From the NCBI RefSeq assembly GCF_004010195.1, contig NC_057719.1, positions 30,127,853 to 30,191,852 on the forward strand: a stretch of DNA of 64,000 nucleotides. The letters are read 5' to 3'. Position 1 is the first letter of the stretch. Each line of letters starts with the position of its first letter. The stretch is from Chiloscyllium plagiosum. Taxonomy: Eukaryota. A program made the position numbers and the translations under genes. Of the stretch, positions 1-12,520 are shown one piece after another. The notes under the pieces are model-generated. The model did not search any database, was not told the origin of the DNA, and saw only the letters and a program-made list of their open reading frames with translations.

Positions 1-39
1 ATTAATAAATGGTCCATCAGGACTGGTAAGCATGGAAGC
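1..39 (-). CDS. TTC8: TTC8 coding exon (partial, runs off the window start)
   Basis: Acceptor ttctcatcttccttcag| after a 107-nt intron; ASMLTSPDGPFIN matches vertebrate TTC8. Confidence 0.93.
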
Positions 40-146
40 CTGAAGGAAGATGAGAAAAAAAAATTATTGTAACTCCAACAGAAAATGACTACAAATTGAT
101 AACTATCTAAAAAGAATTTTAAAAACTACACTTCTTCAAAATTTAC

Positions 147-306
147 CGTCCCCAGCCGAACAAATCTTCCAGAAGCACATGTTACTGGGCGGGCAGTGTA
201 AGCCGTTCTAGGGGTCTTGATAGCTTGCTCCATGGTGCCAGGTCGGCCAGACTGGGTGCCTGGTCTAACAAACCCAGTGATGGGTCTTCCTGATTGAGAC
301 ACAGGT
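147..306 (-). CDS. TTC8: TTC8 coding exon
   Basis: Acceptor ttttaaatag|; (R)PVSQSGRPITGFVRPGTQSGRPGTMEQAIKTPRTAYTARPVTCASGRFVRLGT; donor |gtaaat; 160 nt, phase 2 to 0. Confidence 0.96.
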
Positions 307-501
307 CTATTTAAAAGAAAATATTTTGAACAGAAACACAGGAAGAAAACAAGTATTAATTAATTACAACTTGAAACATGTAATAATGAAAATTAGTTGT
401 TGGTTTGCAGATTCAACTTAGTTTTTGACGTCTTTTTAAAACAAAATTTGTCAGGGGAATTAATTTGTCAGAGGAAACTTAGCTTCACTTGTTGACGCAG
501 A

Positions 502-931
502 GTAACTTGACATTTAAACAGAAGGACCAAAAATGTCTAATTTGCTAATTCCACACATCCCTTTTTTTTACATTTCATTTATCAGAAGCAATCTTAACCA
601 TATTACTGGTTATTACATTATTGGTGGTGGGTCTGCTGGAGATTAGATCAGAAATTTCCTGATGAAGGCCTTTTGCCCGAAATGTCGATTTTCCTACTCC
701 TCAGATGCTGCCTTACCTGCTGTGCTTTTCCAGCACCACTCTACTCTTGACTGATTACAGTATTGGATCCACATGTGTTCACTGAAGATCTAACCAATGG
801 AACCACCTATTGCAAGGCTTAACATCACTGACATTGGGTCAGTTGAGTGTAACTTGACATTTAAACAGAAGGACCAAAAATGTCTAATTTGCTAATTCCA
901 CACATCCCGTTTTTTTACATTTCATTTATCA
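502..931 (+). repeat. Local direct duplication, ~83 bp (502-584 and 849-931)
   Basis: gtaacttgacatttaaacagaaggacc...catttcatttatca occurs twice with one mismatch. Confidence 0.9.
655..752 (+). mobile_element. Penelope-derived terminal-repeat fragment with hammerhead-like core
   Basis: CTGATGA-aggccttttgccc-GAAA-tGTC followed by the family sequence gattttcctactcctcagatgctgcc...ccagcaccactcta. Confidence 0.7.
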
Positions 932-1899
932 CATTATTCAATGCTATGTCTACCTGATCTATCTTGACAAATAGCAAATAAAAATAGTTATTCAATATTT
1001 CTGCCATCCTTCCATTGTTACCCGACACATTATTACCCCTATCCTCAATGGTTCTACTCCCGACATAGCCCTTCTTTATTTAAAAGAAATGTGTGCAAAA
1101 TATTTTACTAGTTTATTATAAGATCCTTGAAAATTTAATTTCATAGTCCCAGCCCCCAAGTGATGTAGACATTGGGTCAGTTGAGAAAATAGAATGGAAC
1201 TGGCAGAAATTAAATTGTCAATTTTTAGAATAAAATGGTCTGATTCCCCAGCCAAGTTCTGAACAGCAGGGAAGAACCTCATTAGGGAGTGGCAAGAGGC
1301 CTATGCACATGCAATTATTACCTTACCTCACCTCACCGATATGCAGTTTCCTAGTCACATACCCAAACAATTCCTGACACAAACGTCAGAACGGATGCCT
1401 GGTGTGTACAGACCACTGCTTACTCCTCCAGGCCTCCACCTTGGATAGCAGTTACCAATATCTCAGGGCACAATCGATAGTTAATGCCTACACCCCTCAT
1501 CGACAGTGATTAGCATTGGACACATACCAGACTCACTACACCCCCACGGTACATTTCTGACCCAGTTTTGCATTTGAGTGCACCAGCATTTATCATTGTG
1601 TTTCTGCCAGGAGACTTTGTGCACAAGGAAAGGACCCATTTCATCTATTTGATCAGGATGTACTTCAGGATTCCTCACTTGCTCTCTTAAATGTTAACTC
1701 ACTTTGCACCTACTTTGTTGCTCACAGCATCTCTGCCTTGTCTTATTTTGCACTTTTCACCTTTGTAGTTATGTTTTCTTTTCATGTCTGAGCATACGCA
1801 CTCAACTTGTGAACAATGAGAGGCCCTGCAAACACTAACTGCTTTAATCAGGCATTTTCATGATACAAGTTGAAGTTATTTATGATAACACTCTGCATA

Positions 1900-2520
1900 T
1901 GAAATGCATACAGTGATAAATCACATGGGATACACATTCTGGTCAGAAGCAATCTTGATCATATCACTGGTTATGATCTGGCTACTTCCAAGGATCCACG
2001 GGGGACGTATGGAAGACCTCATGGCTCTCGACTTACAAATGTGTCAAGGCTATTATAATCTGGCACAAGTTGCATTTATACTGCATTCATTTATTTACAC
2101 AAGATAAGGTCATGCTGAAGCGTGGACAATAAATTTTGTCAATATAGCTGGCTTCTTCAAGGTGCAGGATGGTGTAGACTGCATTGAGTGCGTCATATCA
2201 TAACACAGCTCATTTTGTGAGCAGGAAAGGATTCTAGTTCAATTTTCAAGTAATCTGTGACACTGGTACTGTACCTTAGAAGTCAGTGCCAGGCACATTG
2301 ATGGTTGCCATCATGCCTATATCCTGGAGAACTTTCCATGTTCCTGAACCCCATGGTTACTGGGCGACATGCTTTATCCCCGGCAATCGTGGTGATGACT
2401 CAGTTACACAACACTCTGAGACCAAACATGGAGACAATGCAGCCTATTTTCTGACCAGGGCAACCATGGAGCAGACAATAGTCCTCCTAAAGACAACATT
2501 CCCCAAGTGACGGAGGCAAA
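1900..2520 (+). mobile_element. PIF/Harbinger DDE transposase fossil (HARBI1-like)
   Basis: Frameshifted remnants in the expected order: SGxFQGSTGD-like, IDC(T)HI-like, RKGF..NxQVICD, CHxAYIL, WLLGD..YP, AxFLTRATMEQTIVLLKTTF. Confidence 0.7.
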
Positions 2521-3051
2521 GAGGGGCTATGATGGAGGTTGATGAGTTGGGAGGAAGATGAGGACATTGAGCAGGAGAGCATCACATTCAGCATAAATGA
2601 ATAATGCAGCATCAGGTTGAACAAGCCATACAGCATTTAATTGACACCCTGTTCCAATAAGTCTGATGTAGATACAGTGATCACTCAGACTGTGAATTTA
2701 TTGCTGCTTGATAAGCATGCAGTCCCTGTTTCTAGAAAGAAATGCAGCTCATTTGTTTTTACCATTTTCTTTGGCTGTTAATAAATTTTAAAAAGACATT
2801 TTCAACGGTTTGAAGACTTTCCAGTACATGGTGGCTCCACACTGAACAATGAAAATAATTAATCTATGCTGGGTCTTGGAGAAAAAGTAGCACTCCTTTA
2901 GATAGGTTCTAAGATGGGTGATGCGAAGGTTGTCTCACCTGTGTAGTTTGTCCTTAAATAGCAATACATTTAAGAATGTACACTTGTATTTGCACTGAAG
3001 TGTTAATTGTGCCACCTGCAAGTGCTTCTTTGTAGTTCCCCACTCATGACA

Positions 3052-3322
3052 GTCATAAGGATGTACATCACAGAAACAGACCCTCCAATCCAACTCGTCT
3101 GTGCCGACCAGCTATCAGAAATTAATCTAGTCCTCTTTGCCAGTAGTTGACCCAAAGGCCTTCTTGTTCATATACCTATGCCTTTTGAAATGGTGTAATT
3201 GTATTAGCCTGCAGTGTTTCCTCTGGTTGCTCATTCCGTACATGCACCACCCTCTCCAAGAAGAGGTTTCCCCTTTGGTCCCTTTTAAATCTTTCCCCTC
3301 TCACCTTAACTCTATACCCTGT
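3052..3322 (-). mobile_element. CR1 LINE 3' fragment
   Basis: GYRVKVRGERFKRDQRGNLF (CR1 ORF2 C-terminus) plus the family 3' tail. Confidence 0.8.
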
Positions 3323-4796
3323 AGTTGCATGGTGAATGGCTGTTGCTGGCTGGCAGTGCTTTACCCGACACATGGCTAGGCTTTAAAAATAACTCCTGTG
3401 CCCGAAATCCAAGGAGGTCCCACCAGTGACAAGCACTTCCAACTCTACCGAGAGGGAAGATAAGGTTGTGTTGGACAGCTAATCGGGAATGCTGCAGAAA
3501 ATAGGCTCAAGGAGGGAAAGGCTCCATGAAACTTGTCAAAAATTGACACTTAGACAATTTCTGTTAAAACCTATAGTTTATCTTTGCCTTCCTAATTTAT
3601 TTTTGGCTGACAAAGAACTACGTAGCCAATCAATTTAGGATTGTCAGTCGGGACTGCAGAATGGTGCACAAGTGTGTACTGGAAGCTACATCTATTGAAA
3701 CACAAGGCCTGTTAATTGCAGGCAGAGAGAACATATGTACTGTGTCTGTTTCAACTCAACAAAATAGGTGGTAGACATTCACTGGCTCATTCCTCTGGGC
3801 GATGCTCTAACCAGTTAACCTGCCTGGTTTAAAAACTTTTAAACAAAGCCTGGCTGTTAACTGTTAATCACATTGGCAGAAGTATTGCCATGGAGAATGC
3901 ATCCAACAATCAGTATCCTCCTCTCTTGCAGTAGAAATGTTGATTTTCCCTTTGAATTGGTATTGTTGCAAAATAGCCTGATGATGATGCAAGAAGAAGA
4001 GATTTAACAAGATGTTTATTTTTCAGGTTCTGTACTATTAAACGACTAAATATTGTATTTTCCTGCATGCTGCTGAACTTTTAAAAATGTTTGACACTGC
4101 TATATACTTGGCTGTTGGCCATTATTGTTGTTCTTTATATTTTCCCAAATTCTATTCATAGTTCCACAATACTAGTTTTACTCAACTAACTAACCTTGTT
4201 TTCACCGTATGTATTTCCTTCTCTATTATCTTAAAGTGTATTATGTAATCATTGCTCATGGCCATAGAAAACTGAACTGCTACTATTTGAAGATGTGGTT
4301 AGATCTGTCATTAGGGCTCATTCTTCTACCAGGTTCTATTTAACCCTCCAAGCTAATAAACCAAAGTAATGGATGGTTGGCCAAGCAGGATGAAACAGAT
4401 TTTCTCATAGGCTTTTACTGGTTAAACCTCAATATTATCTGAGCTGAGAAAATTCAGATATTAAGTTTGGGGATTGCCTAACTATAACAAAATGATCTAG
4501 ACTCAGTAAACAGAGTAATAAGTTCTCATTGGGAGTAGTTGTGGTTTTATTTTTGGGGAAAAGAAAACTCAATATTTGGATTTTACATCGATTAGTTTGG
4601 GGAGTCTCACAAATAATTGTTCTTGCTTGATTCAGACACTAAACTCACCAAAATATTACAACAGCCAAATATAAACTTGCATCATCAGCTGACATTCATG
4701 TATACCTACACTTTGAAATAAATTCATTAGTTATCATGCATTTTGAAGCATTCTGCATTTAATCATTAAGCTATCAAAAAACCTTTTTGAAAATCA

Positions 4797-4886
4797 AACT
4801 GTTCGAACATGTTATGACATAGCTCTGAAGCAGGTGGGACTTGAACCAAAGTCTTGTGGCTCAGACGTAGAAACACTATCACCACA
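4797..4886 (-). mobile_element. Short tRNA-head SINE-like fragment (related copies ~23872-23970, 35862-35950, 42937-43030)
   Basis: B-box-like ggttcaagtccc with shared flank acctgctccagagatgtgtaataacatc in four places. Confidence 0.6.
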
Positions 4887-4933
4887 GCCCTGGAGCTCAG
4901 CATCAAGAGGATTGTTATTAAAGCTCTTAATAC

Positions 4934-4997
4934 CTGACAGCTGGGCTAGGACCTCCTCCTTGACTGATTCCTGAGACTTTTAAGGACGTTCCCGGTC
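4934..4997 (-). CDS. TTC8: TTC8 coding exon
   Basis: Acceptor ttttctccccatttgcag|; (R)PGTSLKVSGISQGGGPSPAV(R); donor AG|gtatta; 64 nt, phase 1 to 2. Confidence 0.93.
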
Positions 4998-5918
4998 CTG
5001 CAAATGGGGAGAAAAAAAAGTTTTAGATAGATATTGTGAAGTAACAGCATTCACTATTTACTTTGGAGAAAACGCCCCTTAAAAACCTAACAATCTCGAT
5101 CGTGTGAATTTTTCTCTTCCCAACGTTACTTCGATCCCTGTGTTAGCTACAAGGGATCTCCTGTGCTGAGAAACAGATGTAATCAAATGGAGTCAGAGAA
5201 GGCTAACTAGAAAGTGAAAAACACTGGTTATCCTTCATTGTTAAAGATATTGTATAGAGATTAAAATGAAAGTTGTGGCATACCCATGGGATTAAGGGAG
5301 ACATCTGAAATGTCAAACTTAAACTATGGAATTTATCTTTAAATCTTAATGGAGAAATCTGACATAGCACATATTATTTTTAAAACTGTTTTTCAAGTCC
5401 AGAGAGGTTGCTCAAAACTACTTAAGAATTTAGTAGGACTTTGAAAATCCAGTCATACCTCATTCAACAGGGCATCTTAAAACTCGTTAGGGCACACGTT
5501 TTTACAGCATGGCTAAAGAGGGAGGGGGCATTTATATTAATTCAAGCAAGTTCCAAAGATTTTCACGTACATGCCTTTTAACAGTGCACATTGTAGAAAT
5601 ATCATTGGGAACTTCTGAATTTCCATACTTGATTGCTCAGAAATGGACTCCAGAAATTTCTGTGAACAGTACAAGTGCAAAATCCAGACATACGTATTTA
5701 TTACATTCAAACCAAGTCACAACAAACCAAGTCACAGTACTTCAAACTATAATTTAAATATTATCATGGACAAATTTAATATAACTCTACTTTCACAGTG
5801 TGTACTTCTTGCTTTATTGACTTACATTTTCAAGAAAGGCACAATACACCCATTCTCTCTCCAGCATTTTATCTCTACTCCCTTAAATCCAGGAGACACA
5901 GGCATAAAAAGGATATGG

Positions 5919-6148
5919 TCAAGATTAGAGTGGTGCTGGAAAAGCACCGCAGGTGAGGCAGCATCCAAGGAACAGGAAAATCAACATTTTGGGCAAAGGC
6001 CGTTCAGCAGGTCAGTCCTAATGAAGGGCCTTTGCCCAAAACGTCGATATTCCTGCTCCTTGGATGCTGCCTGACTGCTGTGCTTTTCCAGCACCACTCT
6101 AATCTTGACTCTAATCTGCAGTGCCCACCTCTGCCTTTCTTTAAAAGC
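5919..6148. mobile_element. Palindromic Penelope-derived element (two inverted terminal-repeat copies)
   Basis: tcaagattagagtggtgctggaaaagc...cagcagg / cctaatgaagggcc...ccagcaccactctaatcttga: ~90-bp inverted arms with degenerate hammerhead cores. Confidence 0.8.
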
Positions 6149-6184
6149 TCCCTCTCGTCTGCTAGCCTGGAACTCAACATTTGC

Positions 6185-6775
6185 TTCCATCTCCACAGAG
6201 ATTCACCTGCCTCTCCTAGTTTACTGCATCAGGTGCTCCTGATGTGGTCTTCTCTACATCGGGGAGACCAAATGGAAACAGCTAGGAAACCGTTTACCGA
6301 GCGTCTCAGCTGGGCTCTCAGGGGCTTACCGGACCTCCAATCACCGTCCATTTTCCTTCCCTCTTCCCATTCCGACATGACCATACTTGGCCTCCTCCAT
6401 TGCTACAACAAACCAAACAGCTAATTGGAGGAACACCACCTCATCTTCCACCTGTGCAGTCTACAGCCTGGAGGATTCACATGGAGTTCTCCAATTTCAA
6501 ATAACTCCCTTCCCTTCCTCCGACTCCCTTCCCAGCCCCTCCCCCTCCCACTCTTCCCAGCCACCTACCGGATTCATTCCTCCCATTGACCAACCAAGTG
6601 ATACCCTCTACCTGTCTTCACCTACCCCCACTTCACCACCCTGCCCCCGCCACCCTGCTTATCTGCAGCTCCCCTTGCACCAACCCCCAGTCCTGAAGAA
6701 AGGTTACACTTGAAATATCAACCTTAACCTCCCGATGCTTCCTGGCTTGCTGTGTTCTTCTAGGCTCCTGCTTGA
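6185..6775 (+). mobile_element. Penelope-like retroelement 3' end: GIY-YIG endonuclease remnant plus terminal repeat
   Basis: QRFTCLS..VYCIRCS*CGLLYIGETKWK...SHSDMTILGLLHCYNKPNS*LEEHHLIFHLCSLQPGG; C-rich tract; CTGAAGA...GAAA at 6693-6715. Confidence 0.85.
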
Positions 6776-6914
6776 AACCCTGATTTATGCCTTCATTATT
6801 TTCAGATTTCACTGTTCCAACACACTACTGGCTTGTCTCCCATATTCTACCCTCCATAAATTACATCACCCAAACCTTAGCTGCCTATGTCTCAATGTAC
6901 AGCAAATACTGTTA

Positions 6915-7962
6915 TAGAGTCGTAGAGTCATACAGCATGGAAACAGATCCATTGGTTGAACTTACCCTTGCTGACCAGATGTCCCAAATTGACAGAGTCC
7001 CATTGTGAGCTTTTGGCCCATATCCCTCTAAACCTTTCCTATTCATATACCCATCCAGGTGTCTTTCAAAATGTGTAATTGCACCAACCTCCACCACTTC
7101 CTCTGGCAGCTTGTTCCATACATTAACCACCCTCTGTGTGAAAAAGATACCCCTCAGGTCCCCTTTTAAATCTTTCCCCTTTCAACTTAACCCTATGACC
7201 TCTAGTTTTGGATTCTGCCACCCTAGAAAAAAGACCATGACTATTCACTCTATCCATGCCCCTCATGATGTTTATAAACCTCTAAGGTTTGCCCTCAGTC
7301 TCTGATGCTCCAGTGAGTAAAAGAGGTCCAATCTATTCAGGCTCTCCCTTTAGTTCAAACTCTCCAGTCCTGGCAAAATCCTTGTATATATTTTCTGCAC
7401 CCTCTCAAGCTTAACAACATCCTTGCTGTAGAAGAGCAGCCAGAAATGTATGCTTTATTCCAAAAGTGACCTCACAATGTGACTGTATAGTCACAACATA
7501 ACATCCCAATTCCTATACTCAATGTTATGATGAATGAAGGCAAGAATGCCAAATGCCTTCTTTACCACCCTGTCTACCTATGACTCCATTTTCAACGATG
7601 TACACAGTTGCACTCTTAGGTATCTTTGTTCAGCAACACTCCCTAGGGCCCTACCATTAATTAGAAAGTCCTGCCTGGTTTGTCTTACCAAAATGCAACA
7701 CATTACATTTACCTAAATTAAACTCCATCTGCCACTCCTCGGCCCATCTGATCAAGGTCCCCTTGTATTCTGAGACAATCTTCTTCACTGTCCAGTACAC
7801 CACCTATTTTGGTTTAATCTGCAAACTTACTAACCATACCTCCCACATACACATTCAAATCATTTATAAAAAACGACAAAAAGCAATGAACCCAGTCCTA
7901 ATCCTTGCAGCACACCATTGGTCACAGGCCTCCAATCTGAGGAACAACCCTCCACCACCCTC
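6915..7962 (-). mobile_element. CR1 LINE 3' part, degenerate
   Basis: VWNKLPEEVVEVGAITHFERHLDGYMNRKG; RT motif remnants; tail (ctctatga)n. Confidence 0.85.
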
Positions 7963-8379
7963 TCTCGCCTATCATTCCCATCTCTGTACTCAGCAATTTA
8001 CATTTGTCCGTGGTCAAACAATATCTTGACTTAAAAATGCTCATCTTTACTTTGAAATCACTCGAGGGTCTTCCCCTTCCAAATCCTAATTTTCTCCATA
8101 ACCTAGATATTTGCATTCCTCCATGGGCATTTGCATTCAAAATTGCTCTACCATTAGTAGTAGGCTTTAGGCTCTCCAAGCCCAAGCTTTGAAATTGTCT
8201 TCCTTCACAATATCAACTTTCTAGCTTGCTCTCTTCCTTTCATGATGTGGCAAGCTGCACCAGTTCAGTTTCCACTCTAAATACATTAAAGATCCTGTCT
8301 TAACTTTTTCCATCACTATCCTAAAACTAATAGAATCATGGCCACTGGCCCCCATAGTGCTCCCCCACTGACACATTCT

Positions 8380-9742
8380 GGTACACACTTAACACTATGA
8401 CAGTCCGAGTCTATGTTTAGAAAGTTAAAATCCATTACCATTACCACCCTATTATTCTTACAGATAGAGTCAGAGATGTACAGCATGGAAACAGACCCTT
8501 CGGTCCAACCCGTCCATGCCAACCAGATATCCCAACCCAATCTAGTCCCACCTGCTAGCACCTGGCCCATATCCCTCCAAACCCTTCCTATTCATATACC
8601 CATCCAAATACCTTTTAAATGTAGCAATTGTACCTCCGGCAGCTCATTCCATACACATACCACCCTCTGTGTGAAAAAGTTGCCCCTTAGGTCCCTTTTA
8701 TATCTTTCCCCTCTCACCCTAAACCTATGCCCTCTATTTCTGGAGTCCCCCACCCCTGGAAAAAGACCTTGTCTATTTATCCTATCCATGCCCCTCAATT
8801 TTGTAAACCTCTATAAGGTTACCCCTCAGCCTCCACGCTCCAAGGAAAACAACCCCAGCCTATTCAGCCTCTCCCCATAGCTCAAATCCTCCAACCCTGG
8901 CAGCATCCTTGTAAATCTTTCTGAACCCTTTTAAGTTTCACAACACCTTTCCAATAGGAAGGTGACTAGAATTGCACACAATAGTCCAACAGTGGCATAA
9001 CCAATGTCTTGTACAGTCGCATAACTGAGATCTCCTTATAAATTTGTTTCTCAATTTCCCGTTGACTACTGGGGGGTGGGTGAGGCGGTCTACAGGACAA
9101 TCCCAATAAGGTAATCACCCCTTTCTGAATTCTCAGTTCCACCCAAATAATTTCCCTGGACGTATTCCCAGGAATATCCTCCCTAAGTACAGTCGTAATG
9201 TTATCCCTAATCAAAAATGCCACTCCCCCTCCTCTTTTGCACCCCCCTTCTATCCTTCCTATAGCATTTGTATCCTGGAACATTAAACTGCCAGTCCTGT
9301 CAATCCCTGAGCAATGTCTTTGTAACTGCTATTATATCCCAGTTCCATGTTCCTAACCATGCCCTAAGTTCATCTGCCTTCTGGTAGGCCTCTTGCATTG
9401 AAATAAATAGTTTTATTTATCTCATTCTCTGCTTTGTCCCTGTCTACTCGGAGTGTTTGACTTGTTCCTTTTCTCAAATGTACAAGTCTCAGACTGATCT
9501 CTCTCCTCACTTTCTCCCTGGCTCCTACCCCGCACCTTACTGGTTTAAATCCTCCTAAGCAGCTCTAACAAATTTCCCTGCCAGTATATTAGTCGCCTTC
9601 CGATTCAGATGCAATCTGTCCTTCTCAAAGAGGGGACTTCTACCCCAGTAGGAATTCCAGTGATCCAAAAATGTGAACCCTTCTCCCATGCACCTGCTCC
9701 TCAACCACGAATTCAACTGCACTATCCTCCTCTTCTTACCCT
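8380..9742 (-). mobile_element. CR1 LINE fragment (ORF1 esterase and APE endonuclease region) carrying a nested CR1
   Basis: LNSWLRSRC..GFTFLDHW..DRLHLN; GGGVAFLIRD..IIWVELR; the endonuclease segment KEISV|ICKNNRVV is split by the insertion. Confidence 0.8.
8467..9021 (-). mobile_element. Nested 5'-truncated young CR1
   Basis: High identity to copies at 10066, 39843 and 50941; MRGMDRINRQGLFPGVGDSRNRGHRFRVRG. Confidence 0.9.
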
Positions 9743-10540
9743 TACAAGTCAGATAACACTTGACTGTCAAGGACATTCAGCCTCCAATCTTTGGATAACC
9801 GTCCTCCAAGGTGGCCTTTGAGATACAAAACAATGCAGAATCACCAAGCAGAAACTGATAGCCTAACCCTGAGCTCACGTTGCGCTATATATGACCCCAC
9901 CACACATCTGTATCTGTAAAATCTTCCTTATTGTCCTGTTTTAACACCATCACCTTGATGAATTGTTATGATCTCTCTACCTTAGTTAGTTTATACAGTT
10001 TTGGATTACCTGTTACTTAGGTATAAGTGTTGCATGCCAAGGGTCTAACCAATCATGTTGTTATTATAGAGTCATAGAGGTGTAGAGCATGGAAACAGAC
10101 CCTTCGGTCCAACCCGTCCATGCCAACCAGATATCCCAACCCAATCTAGTCCCACCTGCCAGCACCCGACCCATATCTCTCCAAACCCTTCCTATTCATA
10201 TACCCATCCAAATGCCTCTTAAATGTTGCAATTGTACCAGCCTCCACCACATCCTGCGTGAAAACGTTGCCCCTTAGGTCTCTTTTATATCTTTCCCCTC
10301 TCACCCTAAACCTATGCCCTCTAGTTCTGGACTCCCCCACCCCAGGGAAAAGACTTTGTCTATTTATCCTATCCATGTCCCTGATAATTTTGTAAACCTA
10401 TATAAGATCACCCCTCAGCCTCTGACGCTCCAGGGAAAACAGCCCCAGCCTGTTCAGCCGCTCCCTATAGCTCAGATCCTCCAACCCTGGCAACATCCTT
10501 GTAAATCTTTTCTGAACCCTTTCAAGTTTCACAACATCTG

Positions 10541-10730
10541 TGGGCGGCACGGTGGCACAGTGGTTAGCACTGCTGCCTCACAGCGCCAGAGACCCGGGTT
10601 CAATTCCCGACTCAGGCGACTGACTGTGTGGAGTTTGCACATTCTCCCCCTGTCTGCGTGGGTTTCCTCCGGGTGCTCCGGTTTCCTCCCACAGTCCAAA
10701 GATGTGCGGGTCAGGTGAATTGGCCATGCT
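10541..10730 (+). mobile_element. HE1/V-SINE-like tRNA-derived SINE, cut by the gap
   Basis: A box tggcacagtgg, B box ggttcaattcc, V-domain-like tgtggagtttgcacattctcccc..gggtttcctccgggtgctccggtttcctccc. Confidence 0.85.
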
Positions 10731-11277
10731 NNNNNNNNNNNNNNNNNNNNNNNNNNNNNNNNNNNNNNNNNNNNNNNNNNNNNNNNNNNNNNNNNNNNNN
10801 NNNNNNNNNNNNNNNNNNNNNNNNNNNNNNNNNNNNNNNNNNNNNNNNNNNNNNNNNNNNNNNNNNNNNNNNNNNNNNNNNNNNNNNNNNNNNNNNNNNN
10901 NNNNNNNNNNNNNNNNNNNNNNNNNNNNNNNNNNNNNNNNNNNNNNNNNNNNNNNNNNNNNNNNNNNNNNNNNNNNNNNNNNNNNNNNNNNNNNNNNNNN
11001 NNNNNNNNNNNNNNNNNNNNNNNNNNNNNNNNNNNNNNNNNNNNNNNNNNNNNNNNNNNNNNNNNNNNNNNNNNNNNNNNNNNNNNNNNNNNNNNNNNNN
11101 NNNNNNNNNNNNNNNNNNNNNNNNNNNNNNNNNNNNNNNNNNNNNNNNNNNNNNNNNNNNNNNNNNNNNNNNNNNNNNNNNNNNNNNNNNNNNNNNNNNN
11201 NNNNNNNNNNNNNNNNNNNNNNNNNNNNNNNNNNNNNNNNNNNNNNNNNNNNNNNNNNNNNNNNNNNNNNNNNNNNN
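10731..11277. other. Assembly gap (547 N)
   Basis: Run of n. Confidence 1.
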
Positions 11278-12399
11278 TCTTCTACCTTTGAGCCAGTTCT
11301 GTATCCAAATGGCTAGTTCTCCCTGTATTCCTTGAGATCTAACCTTGCTAATCTGTCTCCCATGGGGAACCTTGTCGAACGCCTTACTGAAGTCCATATA
11401 GATCACATCTATTGCTCTGCCCTCATCAATTGTCTTTGTTACTTCTTCAAAAAACTCAATCAAGTTTGAGAGACATGATTTCCCACGCACAAAGCCATGT
11501 TGACTATCCCGAATCAGTCCTTGCCTTTCCAAATACATGTACATCCTGTCCCTCAGGATTCCCTCCAACAACTTGGCCACCACCAAGGTCAAGCTTCTGG
11601 TCATTCGGTTTATTTCCAGCACCTCCTTATTTTTAAATGTTTGGAATTATCTCGCTGTTTCATTTAATCGGATTATTGGTCATCCCTTCGCTGGTTATTC
11701 ACCTATTGACACTTTACTCACACCATCTGACATTTCTGATCACCTGCAGTGACTTAGTATTTGACACTCCACTCACATCATTTAGATGACCTTTTGATTT
11801 CTACATCTATGTGTTTCTTTCTCACTTCACCTGACAAAGCGGGCTAAACTCTGAAAGCTTGTGATTTCAAAATACACCGTTTACGGTTGGACTACAACCT
11901 AGTGTCACGTGATTTCTGACTCTTCCTTTCAGACACTCCTGAAAACCCAACTTTTTACCAAGATTTGGGCCTTTTGGTCTAATATCTTTTTATGTGGTCT
12001 GATTTCATAGTCTGTTTTATAATGCCTCTATGAAACACTTTGGGAGGAGCCATTACATTAAAGATACAATATAAATAAATTGTTGCTGTTGCTGAGTTCT
12101 CTATTTACATGTCTGGCATCTCTGTGCCTCCATAGCATTTTTTTCATTATCTTTGTATTGTGCTTTCCCCATTCCCTCTATTTCCATTCAAAAATCAATA
12201 TCAAAGTATGTAATTACTGACCGTATATCCACTACACTAAATCAATCTTCATCCTCTTCAATTCCTTTAGTGTGTCTGTTTCACCGTTTGGCAAACTGCC
12301 TATTTCGTGCTAACAGCAAATTCTAATACAAGGGTTTGACGGAATTAAAATTAGGAATAATTTAATTAACCAATAAAATTGATTTTCAAGTGTACTTAC

Positions 12400-12520
12400 G
12401 GGCAACCTGGGCAATAGCACTGTCATTCAGCAACATTTCTGCTATTCCTTCTTGATCTACATCAACCTCATCCACATATATCATCTCTGTCAAGGCTCGA
12501 GTTTTCAAACTCCATGCAGC
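12400..12520 (-). CDS. TTC8: TTC8 next constitutive coding exon
   Basis: Acceptor ttccatag|; translates AAWSLKTRALTEMIYVDEVDVDQEGIAEMLLNDSAIAQVA+1 nt; donor |gtaagt; 121 nt, phase 0 to 1. Confidence 0.96.

Larger units (their letters stand above)
10066..11592 (-). mobile_element. Young CR1 LINE (RT domain to 3' end) spanning the gap
   Basis: KLLEGILRDR..QHGFVRGKSCLSNLIEFFEEV..DVIYMDFSKAFDKVPH; 3' tail at 10066. Confidence 0.9.
9760..11920 (+). mobile_element. Second Penelope-like family 3' end, interrupted by CR1, SINE and gap
   Basis: GHSASNLWITVLQGGL...ITKQKLIA endonuclease tail at 9770-9862; terminal repeat with CTGACAA...GAAAGCTT at 11831-11860. Confidence 0.55.

Noticed and set aside
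10541..10615. tRNA-like A/B boxes as tRNA genes (also ~36370-36450, 41180-41253)
   Set aside because: They are SINE heads continuous with SINE core or tail sequence
10628..11335. Long ORFs of 204-303 aa in the ORF track
   Set aside because: Artefacts of translating through the N gap
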